Shown: in pieces, positions 38,954 through 51,207 of the stretch
Layout: each line of letters begins with the position of its first letter
Numbering within the stretch: the stretch's first letter is position 1
From: Octopus vulgaris
Taxonomy: Eukaryota
NCBI GenBank assembly: GCA_951406725.2
Contig: OX597823.1
Coordinates: forward strand, 19,158,001 to 19,222,000
Length of the DNA stretch: 64,000 nucleotides
Reading direction: 5' to 3'
Made by a program: the position numbers and the translations under genes
Notes under the pieces: model-generated
The model's input: only the letters and a program-made list of their open reading frames with translations
Databases searched by the model: none
What the model was told of the DNA's origin: nothing

Positions 38954-39172
38954 AATATAATCAAAAAGGGTAATAACATAGATTATTATTACCAGTGGCC
39001 TAGCACAAAAGACGAATTAGTCATTAGACAAAATATTATTCATATAGAAAAATATTATTCATATAGAAATATAATAAAGGGCTCTCAAATAAGGAAGCCT
39101 AGTGCTATAGACTAATTAGTCATTAGACATTCCTTATTTGGGAGCCCTTTATTATATTTTATATATATATAT

Positions 39173-39510
39173 CGCATGGCTCAGTGGTTAGAGCATCGAG
39201 CTTACGATCGTGAGGTTGTGAGCTCGAATCCCGGACCGGGCTGCGTGTTGTGTTCTTGAGCAAAACACTTTATTTCACGTTGCTCCAGTTCACTCAGCTG
39301 TAGAAATGAGTTGCGACGTCACTGGTGCCAAGCTGTATCGACCTTTGTCTTTCCCTTGGATAACACTGGTGGCGTGGAGAGGGGAGGCCGGTATGCATGG
39401 GCGACTGCTGGTCTTCCATAAACAACCTTGCCCGGACTTGTGTCTAGGAGGGTAACTTTCTAGGTGCAATCCCATGGTCATTCATGACCGAAGGGGGTCT
39501 TTACCCTTAT
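39173..39510 (+). mobile_element. tRNA-derived SINE family B (Meta-SINE-like central domain)
   Basis: A box tggctcagtggttag, B box gctcgaatcc, body gtgttcttgagcaaaacactttatttcacgttgctccag; flanked by (TA)n. Domain name assigned from memory. Confidence 0.75.
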
Positions 39511-39599
39511 ATATATAATTGTCAAAGAGGACAACAAACATTAAAGCAAAGCAAGCATCTCAAGTCATACACATTATTGTTATTGGATAAAAATTCAAA

Positions 39600-39653
39600 G
39601 CCTTACAGCTGTTTCTGGGATATCTCAGTATGGGATATTCTGTCATCAGAGAC
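39600..39653 (-). ncRNA. Minimal type-I hammerhead-ribozyme-like motif (Penelope-type)
   Basis: GUCU-CUGAUGA-[imperfect stem II]-GAAA-CAGCUG-UA-AGGC: complete core, palindromic stem III hexamer, 4-bp stem I. Confidence 0.6.
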
Positions 39654-40628
39654 AATTTGGGGAAAATGAGTAGGGTATAGATTAATGAAATGACGACCTA
39701 GAGGAAGGGAGTAGAGGAATAAGGAGATGAAGAGAGAGAAGAAAGAAGCATAAGAGTTCACAGTTCAACTTTCTGATGTTGCAGAAATAAGTGCATAAGC
39801 CCTAGTAATCCGTTACAACACTTACCTAACATACCTAATCGTTTAGATCACCTGTGAACTAACCCCCTCCCCCCATACTTTGTGTGTATGTATACAAATT
39901 GATGTCTCTGTGGAGTGTTTATAAAATGCTTCCAGCAATTTCTACTCCTATAATGTGTATTTTTGCTTCTGTGTTATGATGTATGTATATTCCATCACAT
40001 TTAGTATGTGTATACTCTTGTTGTTCCTATAGTGAGGTGTGTATATTCCTTGCTTTCATAGTATGGTGTGTGTATCCTTGAGCTTGTAATGTATGTATGT
40101 AGTTGTGTGTGTGTGTGTGTATACATGTGTATATCATTGCTCTTGTAATATGTGTCTTCTCGCTCCCTAGTTACAGTATATGTATCCCTACTCCTGCATT
40201 AAGCTCTGTTCTATCTTCCCATGACAATTATATTGTAAACATCAAGTAGAAGGCTCTCAGTCTCTCTCTGTCATTCTTCCTCACTCAGTGTTAAGCTGCT
40301 GAACATTAATGAGCATATGGCTGTTTAGTGCACGTTAGTGTCTACTGACTGATTTCTGTCACTTATCTGTGTGCTATTTGACACTAGTGTTCTGGCTGAC
40401 TGATCTGCTGAAGTAAATATATAGGCAGAGAGAAAGGTGGAGGTTTGCATGATTTTTTACCTGTGATATACCTGTTCCATATAATTGATTTTTAGTGTTG
40501 CTTTTTCTATTCTTGAACCTAGCAAGTTCAATGTCTTTTAGATATAAAGAATAGCATATCAAGGTAATATTGTTTACTTCAATAGTCTCCTTAGCTGCCT
40601 TATGCATGTACAATGGTGTGTGTGAATA

Positions 40629-40660
<32 letters not shown>

Positions 40661-41057
40661 GTATGTAACCTGTTACTCTTTCCACTGTAAAAGCAAAGAA
40701 CTAAAAGAAAAACTGCTATGATCAAATCAAAAGAAAGTAAAGGAGGTGTTAGGCTTTGTCTCATGGGTTCCTTGTTTGCAAAATTAGGAAGGGTGTGACT
40801 TGTATCCATCTGTTAGTAGTTAAATTGATTTGTTTCGCTTCCTGTTTGAGCGTATGTAACCCCTTTAGTATTCGGATTATTTTGTCAAATGTATTGCTTG
40901 TTGATTCACATTGTTTTGAATTAATCGTGCATTATCTCATAGCTTTGAGACATCAATGATGTGATTATTTAGTTTTTGAATGATATTGTAGGGTAGGTGC
41001 GAGAGGTCAGATCTGGCCAGTTTTAACATAAAACAGGTAGAATTATTTGGGCTGGAT

Positions 41058-41545
41058 ATCATCATCATCATTTAATGTCCGTTTACCATGCTGGCATGGG
41101 TTGGATGGTTTGAGGTCTGGAGAGCCAGCAGCTGCATCAGGTGCCAGTCTGATCTAGCGAGATTTCTACAGCTGGATGCCCTTCCTAATGCCAACCACTC
41201 CAAGAGTGTAGTGGGTACTTTTTACGTGCCACTGGCACAGGAACCAGTCAGGCGGGCCTGGCATCGATCACGTTTGGATAGTGCTTTTTACATGCTACCG
41301 GCACTGGGGCCAGTCAAGGGGCACTGGCATCAGCCATGTTTGGATGGTGCTTTTTACGTGCAACCGGCATGAGAACCAGTTAGGCGAACCTGGCATTGAC
41401 CGTGTTCAGATGGTGCTTTTTTACGTGCCATTGGTATGTGAATCAATCAGGGGTCACTTGCTACAGCTACGATATTGGTTTTACTTGACTCAACAGGTTT
41501 TCTCAAGCATATATCACACGCTGCATCAGGGATATTCTTAACTGA
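41058..41545 (-). mobile_element. Diverged RTE 3' UTR/tail copy abutting a piggyBac-type MITE
   Basis: (CAT)n start, ccatgctggcatggg, four gtgccacc-type units. Another copy at about 46540-46880 (-). Confidence 0.78.
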
Positions 41546-42026
41546 GCCAGACCTGTGATATTTTTTAGGGGTAGGGATCATACAAAATTACACCTAGGGT
41601 TGCTGTTTTGTAAAAAAAATTGAATATTTTTTATTTTAATTTATTCTTTTTGTGGGGGTTTTGGAAACAAATCACTACTGTTTTTATATTTTTTGTATTA
41701 CTTGTTTTATGACCACCCTAAATTTTTAGGAGTGTCTATGAATACATTGTATTCTCTCCTTCAGACAGTATGAAGTGATGTGAGGAGGATTTGACTGATA
41801 TTTTTAGCAGGTTGAATAACTATATAGTGGCTCCATGGTTTGTTCAAGGCAGATAAAGGGGCATTGCCTACAACTTTTTCATTCTTGCAGTTTTTATTCT
41901 TTTACTTTTTTCAGTCATTTGACTGTGGCCATGCTGGAGCACCGCCTATAGTCGAACAAATTGACCACCAGGACTTATTATTTGTAAGCCTAATACTTAT
42001 TCTATCGGTCTCTTTGGCTGAATTGA

Positions 42027-42354
42027 TTTAGGATGAATGTTTCTGTAATTTAGCCCCAGGAGACATTGTCTCCAGCTGGCTATTACAACACGATCTGTGT
42101 CCTTATGTTTTCGATCAAGGATATTCAGCACACCCACTCAGCTCAAGACAATATCTGTGTATTGCAATTACCAGGTTATTATTCTGTGCTGATAGTGGGA
42201 AATAACTTGGAAATCATGATACACAGATATTGTTTTGAGCTGAATGGGGGATGCTGAATATCCTTGTTCGAAAATATAATGACACAGATCATGTCGTACA
42301 GCCAGCTGGAGATGATGTTTCCTGGGGCTAAATTACAGCAACATTCGTCTTAAA
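42027..42354. mobile_element. Foldback (palindromic) element with ~150-bp arms and ~20-nt loop
   Basis: ctgtaatttagccccagg...ggatattcagca...caatatctgtgtat versus atacacagatattg...tgctgaatatcc...cctggggctaaattacag; interrupts a SINE A. Confidence 0.88.
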
Positions 42355-42602
42355 CAAGGACTGCCATGTTATGTTGGCAAATAATCTTTACTCTAAAGTA
42401 TAGTATAGTAGAAGACACTAGCCCAAGGTGCCACATAGTGGAACAGAACCTGGAATTGTGCAGTTAGGAAACAGGCTTCTTACCCACACAGCCACCCACT
42501 GAGGATCTCTGTAGAATAAATGATAGTAAAATGATATAAATAGATTTGTAAAACATGTTATCAAAGAAGATGCACTAGCAGTGTGATGGTGGTGGTATCT
42601 TA

Positions 42603-43011
42603 GAGCTGGCAGAAACGTTGGCGCGCCGGGCGAGATGCTTAGCGGTATTTCGTCTGCCGTTACGTTCTGAGTTCAAATTCCACCGAGGTCGACTTTGCCT
42701 TTCATCCTTTCGGGGTCAATAAATTAAGTACCAGTTACGCACTGCGATCGATGTAATCGACTTAATACCTATGTCTGTCCTTGTTTGTCCCCTCTGTGTT
42801 TAGCCCCTTGTGGGTAATAAAGAAATGGGTATTTCGTCTGCTGTTACGTTCTGAGTTCAAATTCCGCCAAGGTCGACTTTGCCTTTCATCCTTTCGGGGT
42901 CAATAAATTAAGTACCAGTTACACACTGGGGTTGATATAATCGACTTAATCCGTTTGTTTGTCCTTGTTTGTCCTCTCTGTGTTTAGCCCCTTGTGGGTA
43001 GTAAAGAAATA
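42603..43011 (+). mobile_element. SINE family C, internally dimeric, 9-bp TSD
   Basis: TSD ggtatctta at 42594-42602 and 43012-43020. The unit ggtatttcgtctg..ttacgttctgagttcaaattcc..gtcgactttgcctttcatcctttcggggtc..gtaaagaaat occurs twice. Confidence 0.82.
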
Positions 43012-43859
43012 GGTATCTTAACCATGTTTGTCACCAACCTGCCTAAGAACCTCTTCTCCCTTCTGGTTACATGATACAAACTTCCTATTTTAAAGTGATC
43101 TGAAAATTCCATATTAATTTATCTTCTGAACTCTAGTTTAATAACAACGGTTATTTTTATTAAATTCTTCATTATCAAATTTGAAACAAAAACAGCGTAA
43201 TTTCAACAGAAATGTAATAAGAAAAGGGTTAATGTTTGTGTGATTGAGGAAATTTCTCTAAAACTGTCAGTATGCTGTAATGTCAATGTTTTTTTATGTC
43301 CCTTTTTTTATTTCCCCACCACATTGTCACCATATTCTTCCTTTCTCAAGTTCCATATTTTTTAATCATTCTTTTACATAAATTCCATTTCTGGCAAAAA
43401 AAAAAAAAAAAAAAAAAGCATTCCCTTTCTTTTAGTTCTTTATTAAAAACTTGTCTTATTTCTTTAAATAGTCATGTGACTTTTGTTGTCATTGTTGCTG
43501 CTGTGACTGCTCTTTTTTTTTCTTAGCTTTGACTGCTCTTTTTTTTTTCTTAGCTTCCCTGTTATTCCCTCCTCTCCTTTCTGTAGTCTTACTCTCCCAT
43601 TATTTTGTCACCAATGACACATTCCCTAATACACACTCCCACCTCTCTACCCATGTAGAGGGAAAGAAAGAGAGAGAGAAATTGCTTTAATTGAATTATT
43701 TATCCCCAATTAACATTGAGAATGCTTTCAAAGTTAGCTTCTTTCTATTGTACAAAAAAAAAAAAGAAAAGAAATTAATTTATTTCCGTTTTTCATCATC
43801 GTAATTGTTATTAAATTACAAAAGTCAATTTTTTTTATTGTTGATTTCATTATTATTGT

Positions 43860-45065
43860 TATTAGGAAGGCAAGCTGGTTGAATTGTTAGTGTTGGGATA
43901 AATGATTTACAGTATTTCTTCCAACTATAAGCATTCTTAGTTCAGGTCTCTCTGGAGTCAGCTTTTCTTTTTATCCTTTAGGGGTCAATGAAAGTACCAG
44001 TCAAGTGTTAGAGTTGATAGTATCAACTAACCTCTCTCTCCTCCAAATTGCTGGCCTTGTACCTAAATTAGAAACCATCATTATTTAATAAGAGTAAAAA
44101 TTAATATTAAATATATCAATTTCAACCAGTGGTAAGCATAATTAAAAAATGCCTGAGGAGCGTGAATTCTATTTAAATATAAACAATAGGAAACCACTAT
44201 GTGGATCCTTGTATGCTAGAAATAGACACCAAACCATCTTCCCTCTAAATCTTGCTAATTTAAGATTTTTTTGATAAGACGGTTTGATGTCTATTTTTAG
44301 CATACAAGTGATCCACATAGTGATCTCTCCTATAGTTTACATTATTATTATTATTATTATTATTATTAGGGAAGTGAGTTAGCCAAGTTTTGCTAGTGTC
44401 AGAATAAACACTGTGCAGAATTTCTTTCAACTCTATGCATTTTGAGTTCAAATTCCACTCAGGTTAGCTTTGCCTTTTATCCCTCTGAGGTTTATAAAAA
44501 TAAAAGATCAATCATGTACTGGGGTTCATGGTATTGACTAGCAGCCTCTCTTCAGAACTGCTGGCCTTGTACCTAAATCAGAAACTAATTATTAAAGATA
44601 AGGCAACAAGTTGGCAGAATCGTTAGCACACCGGCCAAAATGCTTAATTGCATTTTGTCTGTCTTTACATTCTCAGTTCAAATTCTGCTGCAGTCAGTTT
44701 TACTGTTCATCCTTTCGGGGTTGTTAAATTAAGTACCAGTTGAGTACTGGAGTTGATGTAATCAACTAGCTCCCACCCCTAAAATTCCAGGCCTTGTGCA
44801 TATAGAAGAACGGATTATTATTATTATTATTATTATTAATGATATGGCAGTGAACTGGCTGAATCGTTAGCACGCTGAGCAAAAGTACTTTGTGCCATTT
44901 TGTCCATCATTACATTCTGAGTTCAAATTCTTCTGAGGTCGACTTTGCCTTTCATCCTTTCAGGGTCGATGAAATAAGTACCAGCTGTGTACTGGGGTTG
45001 TTGTAATCGACTAACCCCCTCCCCCAAAATTTCGGGCTTTGTGCCTAGAGTAGAAAGAATTATTA
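43860..45065 (+). mobile_element. Cluster of four same-orientation family C SINEs with (TTA)n tails
   Basis: Copies near 43860-44080, 44365-44590, 44600-44815 and 44843-45065. Other copies at about 9869-10010 (+), 18725-18950 (-), 24600-24960 (-) and 48860-49070 (+). Confidence 0.75.
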
Positions 45066-45460
45066 TTATTATTAAAGATGATGGATGCTAGTATTAATAG
45101 AATACTGACTGCATAAAATGTCTGATTTTTCTGTGTTCCATTTGATGTGTACACTGCATTTAATGGGCAACCTGTTGCATTTGCCATGTACCCTGCATTC
45201 AGTTCTGTCATAGAATTGACAAACACTTGACCTGATATAAAAGTTAAGCAAATAAAAATTGAAGCAAGTTTTCTTTCCATTTATGGTTAGTATTTGAATG
45301 CACTTTGTGCTATTACTTCAATAACTGCTACTGCAAGCCAACAAAACAAAAAAACAAAAACCAAAAAGACATCTACAAGGGTTGTCTATCCCGCTAGAAA
45401 TAGCTATCAAATTGCCTTCAAGGTACAACCTACTGTCTCGAAAGGGACAAAATAGACTAT

Positions 45461-45693
45461 TTAACCCTTCTGATACAAACCTGGTTGAAACTGCCTCTGG
45501 CTCTGTAGTACAAATGTCTTGTTATCATAAGTTTTGAATTAAAATCTTCTACCAAACCCTAGTCACAATTTATGTTCCTAACACTAAGCTTAATGATAAC
45601 AAAGTTATTTTACTAAATTTGTTATATTTAAAATTAATTGGGGAAAAAAAAACCCGGAGCGTCTCAAAATAAATTTGGTAACAAAAGGGTTAA
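45461..45693. mobile_element. piggyBac-type MITE family P2
   Basis: ttaacccttctgatac...ggtaacaaaagggttaa; interior matches 34287-34514. Confidence 0.83.
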
Positions 45694-46237
45694 TCCTTGA
45701 TACACCAATGTCTGAGAAAAGCACTTGGATGGTCATTGATGGAATGCCAGCTAGAATGCCAAGACCATCCAGTGGTTGCAGCTCAGATTTGGTCCTGAAG
45801 ATGTTAAGTCTGCTGGATCAAGGCTAACATGAAGTTATATGTCTCAAAGTAACTGTGTGGTTGTCTTTTACCAGTATTACTCCAGAGGGTTTTATCAAGT
45901 AAATCAACCCCAGTACTTTTATTTTTTGTTTATATCTGGTACTTAGTCTATCAGTTTCTTTTGTCTAACTGCTAAGTTATGGGAGCATAAGGAAATCAAC
46001 ACTGGATGTCAAGCAGGGATAAACACTAAGACGCACACACACTCTCGCATGCAATAGACTTCCACAGAATTTCCATCTACCAAATTCACTCACAAGGTCC
46101 TAGTTGGCCTAGGGCTTTAATGAAAGATACTTACCCAGGGTGCCACATAGTGGAACTGAACCCAAGACCACGTAGTTGCAAAGAGAGATTCCTAACCAGT
46201 GCTTATGCTATATATTGTGTATGTGTGTGTGTGTGAA

Positions 46238-46540
46238 GGCACATGGCTTAGTGGTTAGGGTGCTGCACTCATGATTGCAACATTGTGGGTTCGATTCCCA
46301 AACCAGATATTGCATTGTGTTCTTGAGCAAAGCACTTCATTTCACGTTGCTCTGTGATCATTTCGATATCTGACATGTGACACCCATTGCACCTGTACAG
46401 GTAATGTCGATTTGATGGAGAAAGTGAGCTTATGTCTAGACAAACATTTGATCACTATAAACAAATCATCTGTGTGATTGTTCAGTAAGAAGCTGTCGAA
46501 CCCTCATACATCGTCTAATGACGGGAGAATCCCTTACATA
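46238..46540 (+). mobile_element. SINE family B variant with the same head/core and a different 3' half
   Basis: ggcacatggcttagtggttagg, ggttcgattcc, gtgttcttgagcaaagcacttcatttcacgttgctc, then sequence unrelated to 39290-39510. Confidence 0.7.
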
Positions 46541-47530
46541 CATCATCATCATCATCATTTAGCGTCCGCTTTCCATGCTAGCATGGGTTGGACGGTTTGA
46601 CTGGGGTCTGTGAAGCCAGAAGGCTGCATCAGGCTCCAGTCTTATCTGGCAATGTTTCTACAGCTGGATGCCCTTCCTAATGCCAACCACTCCGTGAGTG
46701 TAGTGGGTGCTTTTTACGTGCCACCCGCACAGGTGCCAGACGGAGCTGGCAAACGGCCATGAACGGATGGTGCTTTTACGTGCCACGCGAGGCTGGTAAC
46801 GGCCATGAACGGATGGTGCTACGTGCCACCGGCACGGGGGGCCAGGCGAGGCTGGCAACGGACACGAACGGATGGTGCTTTTATTTTATTATATATTTTT
46901 ATATGGTAATTTATCTTCGTCAGTGATTCTGTTTCTCCTGTAACCTATAGCTTGCTTAGCATATGTTTAATGGAATATTTACATGTACTTCGTATCAAAA
47001 ATACTTCAATAAGAAAAAAGCAAATGGCAAAAGTTTTGCAAAAAAAAAAAAAAAATGTAAAATGATTTTGCTTTGTTATTATATAAAAAAAATAATGGTT
47101 TGTACAGCTCCAGTAGTTTCTGAGAAACTAGAATGGAGACTGAAGTGATCAATCAAGCAAACAAACTACATTAAAATTGTAGCACTTAATTATTTCATGT
47201 TTGGATTTGTTACATGGATGGATGGTGGTGGTTGGAAATGATGGTGATTAGCTGAATAGAAATATTGTTCTGAACATGAATATTCAAAGTATGATAATGT
47301 TTATTCAGCCCCAGACTGGCTCTGATCGAGTAGAAATAAGATCAAAGGAGTTCCATCTGTGGCCATTCTGTATATTTTCTCTTTCAGTTACAGTGCATCT
47401 AAAATCGGTATCTAAAACCACATTATAACATGTCCTTCCCTCTTTAAGATGGTGAGGTAGCATTTTAGAGATTTATTTAACTGCTTTTTCTGTCAGGTCT
47501 GATAACTATTCAGAGATTCTCCCTTGTTAT

Positions 47531-48050
47531 ATTGCGGTTCACCCGTCGTGCACTCAGTGCATTGCGGTTCGCCTGTCGTGCACTCAGTGCATTGCGGTCC
47601 GCCCGTCGTGCACTCAGTGCACTGCGGTTCGCCTGTTGTGCACTCAGTGCATTGTGGTTCGCCTGTCGTGCACTCAGTGCATTGCGGCATGCCTGTCGTG
47701 CACTCAGTGCATTGCAGCACGTCTGTCATGCACTGTCATGTACCTGTGCATTGGGGTACACCTGTCAGACTCTCAGTGCATTGCGGTTCGCCTGTCTCAT
47801 GCCCAGTGCATTGCGGATCGCCTGTCTGATGCCCAGTGCATTGCGGATCGCCTGTCTCATGCCCAGTGCATTGCGGATCGCCTGTCTCATGCCCAGTGCA
47901 TTGCGGATCGCCTGTCTCATGCCCAGTGCATTGCGGATCGCCTGTCTCATGCCCAGTGCATCGCGGATCGCCTGTCTCATGCCCAGTGCATTGCAGATCG
48001 CCTGTCTCATGCCCAGTGCATCGCAATTCGCCTGTTGTGCATATAATGCA
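47531..48050. repeat. Bipartite 30-bp CpG-rich minisatellite
   Basis: Unit 1 gcggttcgcctgtcgtgcactcagtgcatt (about 47531-47730); unit 2 cctgtctcatgcccagtgcattgcggatcg (about 47790-48030). Confidence 0.93.
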
Positions 48051-48413
48051 TTGCAGTTCAGTACATTGCATATTTTTCTGGCTAATATATGTAAATTTAT
48101 ATTGCAGATTCCTCAGTATATCCAGATTTCTGTTGTCGATAGATATTTATATTTTTTTATATTTTAATTATTTCTGTGGGAGGTTTTGGAATGTAACACT
48201 TGTGACAGTCATGGGATTACTGTAGTTTAATGTATATATGCAGAGCTCAAGATACCAGACATTGGAAGTGAATTCTATAGAGAAATGGTTATCATAGTGA
48301 GGTTGAGACATGAGGAATATAAATGTAGAAATGCAAGAATTAAGTGGATGTTACCGAATACCCTTTATCCTTATTAATACTGAATCATGTGTTTTTGTCT
48401 TTTAACTTTACAG

Positions 48414-48526
48414 ATGAGAGGAAACTGGCTGAGAATGAGTTACCACTGGTAATCCAACTGAACTGGGGCACTGATATGAGAGATGGACGTTTCTTACTGA
48501 AATGTGAAAATGCAATAACTGCAAAG
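48414..48526 (+). CDS. AFDN: Afadin coding exon, C-terminal part of RA1 domain
   Basis: Acceptor tttaactttacag, donor AAG|gtgagt, 113 nt (phase 1 to 0), in frame with the previous exon. Translates (D)ERKLAENELPLVIQLNWGTDMRDGRFLLKCENAITAK, matching afadin ERRL...E.PLVVQLNW..D.REGRF.LK.EN. Confidence 0.95.
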
Positions 48527-50734
48527 GTGAGTGGGTAGTGTCATGTTTGGGTAACTCTTCTTAGCTTTTTTTACCTTTTACTTATTTCAGTCATTCGACT
48601 GTCTGTGGCCATGCTGAAACCGCCTCTGGCTCTGTAGTACAAATGTCTTGTTTTCATAAGTTTTGGAGTAAAATCTTCCACCAAACCTTAGTCACAATTT
48701 ATGTTCTTAACACTAGCTGAATGATAACTAAGTTATTTTACTAAAATAATTGAGAGAAACACAGAGCATCTCAAAATAAATACAGTAACGAAAGGGTTAA
48801 GTACTTGACTTTCGGTCTTATTTCCAATTTCTTCTTTTCTGTTGTAATTCCATCCACATTTAGAATTCTTTTAGAAGGCATTTTGTCTGACACTTAAAAG
48901 ATCCTGCTAATCCATATCCATTTGCATTCTGAGTTCAAATCCCAGAGTGGATGACTTTACTCTTCATTGTTCTGAGATTGTTAAAATAGAATATCACTCA
49001 GGTACTGGGGCCTATTTATTCTATTGTAATCTTTCAAATGTGTGAGCTTGTGCTTATTTTAGAAAGTATTAGTTGTCAGTCATATCACAAAAATGCCTTA
49101 AGCGAATTAAATATAGACATAGATTGCTGTAGCTAAATAGCCTTCAGTAATTCCAACGCTTCTATAACACTCCTCATCATCCTGAACATCATTAGAGAAA
49201 TTCTAATTTTCAGATAATTATGTACCATGTAATGACTGTAATGATTGTGGAAGTGGGAAGAACTGCAAGCCAACTGGAACTAGAAATCAAGATCTTGTCA
49301 CTTCACATAAAAACCAAGTGATTTTCTGTTGGAATTAAGATAAATGGTTACAACCAGCTTCACTTACCAAATTAATTTTCTTATTTGCTCATATATTTGC
49401 TTTGCAAAAGACCTGACAGTGTATGTCTGTGCTTTTGTTAGTAGTTTACTCATGAATGTAATTATGAGCTGGTGTATGGACGTTTTATTGTGTATGTGTG
49501 TACCAGAAGAAGAAAAGTATATATGGAGCATTTTGTTTTGAGTACAGAAAGCCTTTTCTGCATGGTGGATGAAACTACCTCAAATTGGTAATTAGGATGA
49601 CTGGAAGAACCTACTTCCAAGGGGTGACTAGAATGGTAAATAGAACCTATTTCCAAGAAGTGGTTAAGATGGTAGGCAGACAACCTATTTTCAAAGGGTG
49701 GTCAGAATGACAGACAAATAGATATGTATATAGAACTGTAAAATGGTTGGCATTAGGAACAGCATCCAGACATAGAAATCATACCAAAGTAGACAGAACT
49801 TGGCACAGTCCCCTAACTCACTGACTTTTGTCAAACTGTCCAACCCATGCTAGGGTGGAAATGATGCCCCACCCCCTTGGTGATTTGTTAGTCCATCTCT
49901 CATTCACTGACACCTTTTGTCTACCTTCTGCCATCCATCTCTCACCCTCTATCCTCTTTAGTGCTGGTGCCATGAGAAAATGTACTCAGTGCACTTGGGA
50001 GGACCACTTGGTCTTCCCAAAGAAGTGACAATTTCCCTAGTGCTTGTGATATGTGAAAATTCACCCAGTATGAGAATTGGTTGGGTTTAGGAAGGGTGTC
50101 CAGCTGCAGAAACCGAAACCAAACCCAAATTGAAGTTTATGAATAATACGTGAACTTCTGACCTATTTCGGAGAGTAGCAACAGCTCATCTAACCCATAC
50201 CAGCATAGAAAACTGATTTAAACTTTTGTTCAAGAAACATGGAGTATGTAAATGAAACCCCTCTTCCTCATTGTTTTATCTTGGTACACACATGTATCCC
50301 CACATATACCCACACATATATATTTGGGTTGAGTTCTGTATCTGTTGACACATGCATCTATTCATTAGCAGCATAAAATCTCATCTCTTCATTTAACTAA
50401 AATCATTATTTTCTTAAACCTTCTTAGCGAAAACTTGAATGCGGTTGTAACATTTATGATTTTCTGGTCATGGCTAGTAATACAAGTGGAGTTTAGTAAC
50501 AACTACAACCATGAATTGAAACTGGGTCAGGAAGTGACCTCTATGGTTCTAACCAATTTGTATTAAGTATCTGTAAATACAGTTACCTCTTTCTCATCAC
50601 AAAAATCACTGTTGTAGAAGAAAGACTCCCCAACTCTAGCACTACTCATCTTTATTTCATCATAATCCTGTTTCTCTTCTTTTAATCATCGTTTAGTTGG
50701 TGTGCTTGATTTTCTATGTCGTCTCTTTATGTGT

Positions 50735-51207
50735 CTGGTTCTGGGTTGTCATGTGATGCATATGGATAAGGATAGTTGTATAAAGAAGTGCCAACCTCTA
50801 ATTGTGGAGGGAACCTGTGGAAGGGGCAGATCCAGAAAGATGTGGGACAAAGTGGTGAGAAGGGATCTTTGGACATTGGGCCTCACTGAGGAAATGACAA
50901 GGGACCAGGAGTTGTGATTTGCTGTACTTGAGAAAAGGCATCAAGTGAAGTAAAATTACTGTCATCCATCCATCCATACAGGGTTGTCTTTTATAGGTGC
51001 CAGTTCCAAATAAAATGCACCTGTGCCAGTGGCACATAAAATGCACCCAGCACACTGTAAAGGGGTCAGCATTAGGAAGGGCATCCAGCTGTAAAACCAT
51101 GTCAAAACAGAAGTCTGGTGCAGTCTTCTGTCTAGCAACTCCTAACAGTCGTCCAACCCATGCCAGTATAGAAAATGAATGTTAAACGATGATGATGATG
51201 ATGATGA
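50735..51207 (+). mobile_element. Older RTE 3' fragment: ORF C-terminus, short 3' UTR, (GAT)n tail
   Basis: ORF 50702..50917 HVMHMDKDSCIKKCQPLIVEGTCGRGRSRKMWDKVVRRDLWTLGLTEEMTRDQEL aligns by eye with the end of the 658-aa ORF; ends gttaaacgatgatgatg. Confidence 0.85.

Noticed and set aside
39173-39245. tRNA gene (also 46238, 61500-61574 and family A heads)
   Set aside because: A and B boxes run directly into SINE bodies, with no complete cloverleaf or terminator.
47493-48225. Cys-rich repeat ORFs resembling metallothionein or keratin-associated proteins
   Set aside because: 30-bp minisatellite open in all six frames; no evidence of an exon.
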